DNA of 62,933 bases, filler included, from Octopus bimaculoides (Eukaryota), in assembly GCF_001194135.2 (NCBI RefSeq). It is 5 parts of 4 records of this genome, joined end to end, with 100 filler letters (N's around TTAATTAATTAA, not from the genome) between each part and the next. Parts side by side here need not be neighbours in the genome. Positions count along the whole stretch, not along the records: positions 60,034 to 62,933 come from NC_069010.1; 4 more parts are not named here. One strand, 5' to 3'. Made by a program: the position numbers and the translations under genes. Positions 61,880-62,933 of the stretch are shown in pieces (position 1 is the stretch's first letter; each line of letters begins with the position of its first letter). Below the pieces are notes generated by a model that saw nothing but the letters and a program-made list of their open reading frames with translations, had not been told where the DNA came from and ran no database searches.

Positions 61880-62210
61880 TTTCTTAACAAGCAAGTATAT
61901 TTAATATTCATATTTAATATTATATATTTATATTTAATATATTATATTTATATATTATATTCCGCCGAGGTCGACTTTGCTTTTCATCCTTTCGGGGTCG
62001 ATAAATTAAGTACCAATTGCGTACTGGGGTCAATCTAATCGACTGGCCCCCGCCCCCCAAATTTCCGACCTTGTGCCTAGAGAAAAGAATAATATATATT
62101 TATTTTTAATATTCATATTCAATAGTATATATTTATATTTAATATTAATATTTATATTTAATATTATATATTTATATTTAATATCATATATGGAGAAAAT
62201 ATTATTTTAT
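61880..62210. repeat. AT-only minisatellite (TATATTTAATAT-type) interrupted by a 5'-truncated SINE family B (61962-62090, plus)
   Basis: Same AT units on both sides of TCCGCCGAGGTCGACTTTGC...GTGCCTAGAGAAAAGAATA. Confidence 0.85.
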
Positions 62211-62835
62211 AACGTAAAATATTATTGAAGGCGATTTTTGAAGGCACTTTTTCGATTTTCACTTATAAGTTTGTTTCTGCTGTTCTATCCTCAATTTCAT
62301 TACCAGGACCTGGAAACACAACGAGAAAACGATATAAAATATTAATTTTAAACTTGTTAATTCCTGGACTGTATACTTTATATATATATATAAATTACTA
62401 TCATATGTTTTGTCATGTATGAAAGGATGTCTCTTTACAGAAAGATTATAGATGAACAACGCAAGTTATATTCAAGTTATATTGAATATAACTTGCAATA
62501 AGAAGTAAACTATCAGGACTATGCTGCAAAATATTGACAATGTTGGTTGGGGAATATTTCCTGGAAGGAGTAGCCATATTTATATAAGAGAATGGACTGT
62601 TTTGTGCTATTCTGCTAAAGATGTGAATAGTTGTATGTAGAGTTGACACGGATCTATGACTGTATATACATTTACATGGGTCTATCAATGGATGAATATA
62701 TATATTAATGTAGATCTATTTATTGATGTATTGTGTATTATACAGGAATGTATTTATTGCCGTATGTACAGTATTACTATATGTGTATTTAAGTTTCTTA
62801 TAGACGAGTATGCGTATACATGTAGATTTCTACGC

Positions 62836-62890
<55 letters not shown>

Positions 62891-62933
62891 TGTATGTATG
62901 TATATATATATATGTGTGTGTATGTATATATAT

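Noticed and set aside
453-62688. Most ORFs in the supplied track (YIYI, CVCV, THTH, ERER, YLSI, poly-X)
   Set aside because: Translations of microsatellites or read-through of N gaps
1-62933. CRISPR arrays, rRNA genes or prokaryotic operons
   Set aside because: No repeat-spacer arrays, rRNA-like sequence or dense ORFs; the window is eukaryotic repeat-rich DNA

Overview
AT-rich eukaryotic genomic scaffold with many N gaps, very dense microsatellites and several tRNA-derived SINE families. The repeat content points to an octopus (coleoid cephalopod) draft assembly; this is an inference from remembered repeat sequences, not a database result. No complete protein-coding gene is visible, and nearly all ORFs in the supplied track are microsatellite or gap read-through. 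Supportable content: (1) a decayed, near-complete Penelope-like retroelement (PLE; RT, thumb, CxxxxCxxC knuckle, GIY-YIG) at about 15.1-18.2 kb, back-to-back with an inverted PLE 3' end, plus three other PLE fragments; (2) two copies of a non-autonomous mariner with about 240-bp terminal inverted repeats (TIRs), two small Tc1/mariner MITEs, a 1.2-kb long-TIR element inside a SINE, and LINE relics (RLE-type, RTE-like, C2H2 tail); (3) about ten minimal type I hammerhead-ribozyme-like motifs, often next to fold-back repeats. One has an intact core (49805-49849, minus) and two families appear to carry fixed core variants; (4) a tRNA-like sequence clamped by an extra about 20-bp inverted repeat and bounded by 15-bp direct repeats, next to a degenerate hammerhead (61.1-61.5 kb); (5) a cluster of promoter and splice signals at 24.7-28.5 kb suggesting the 5' ends of a minus-strand and a plus-strand transcript that may overlap. 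All structural calls were made by eye and need computational confirmation.
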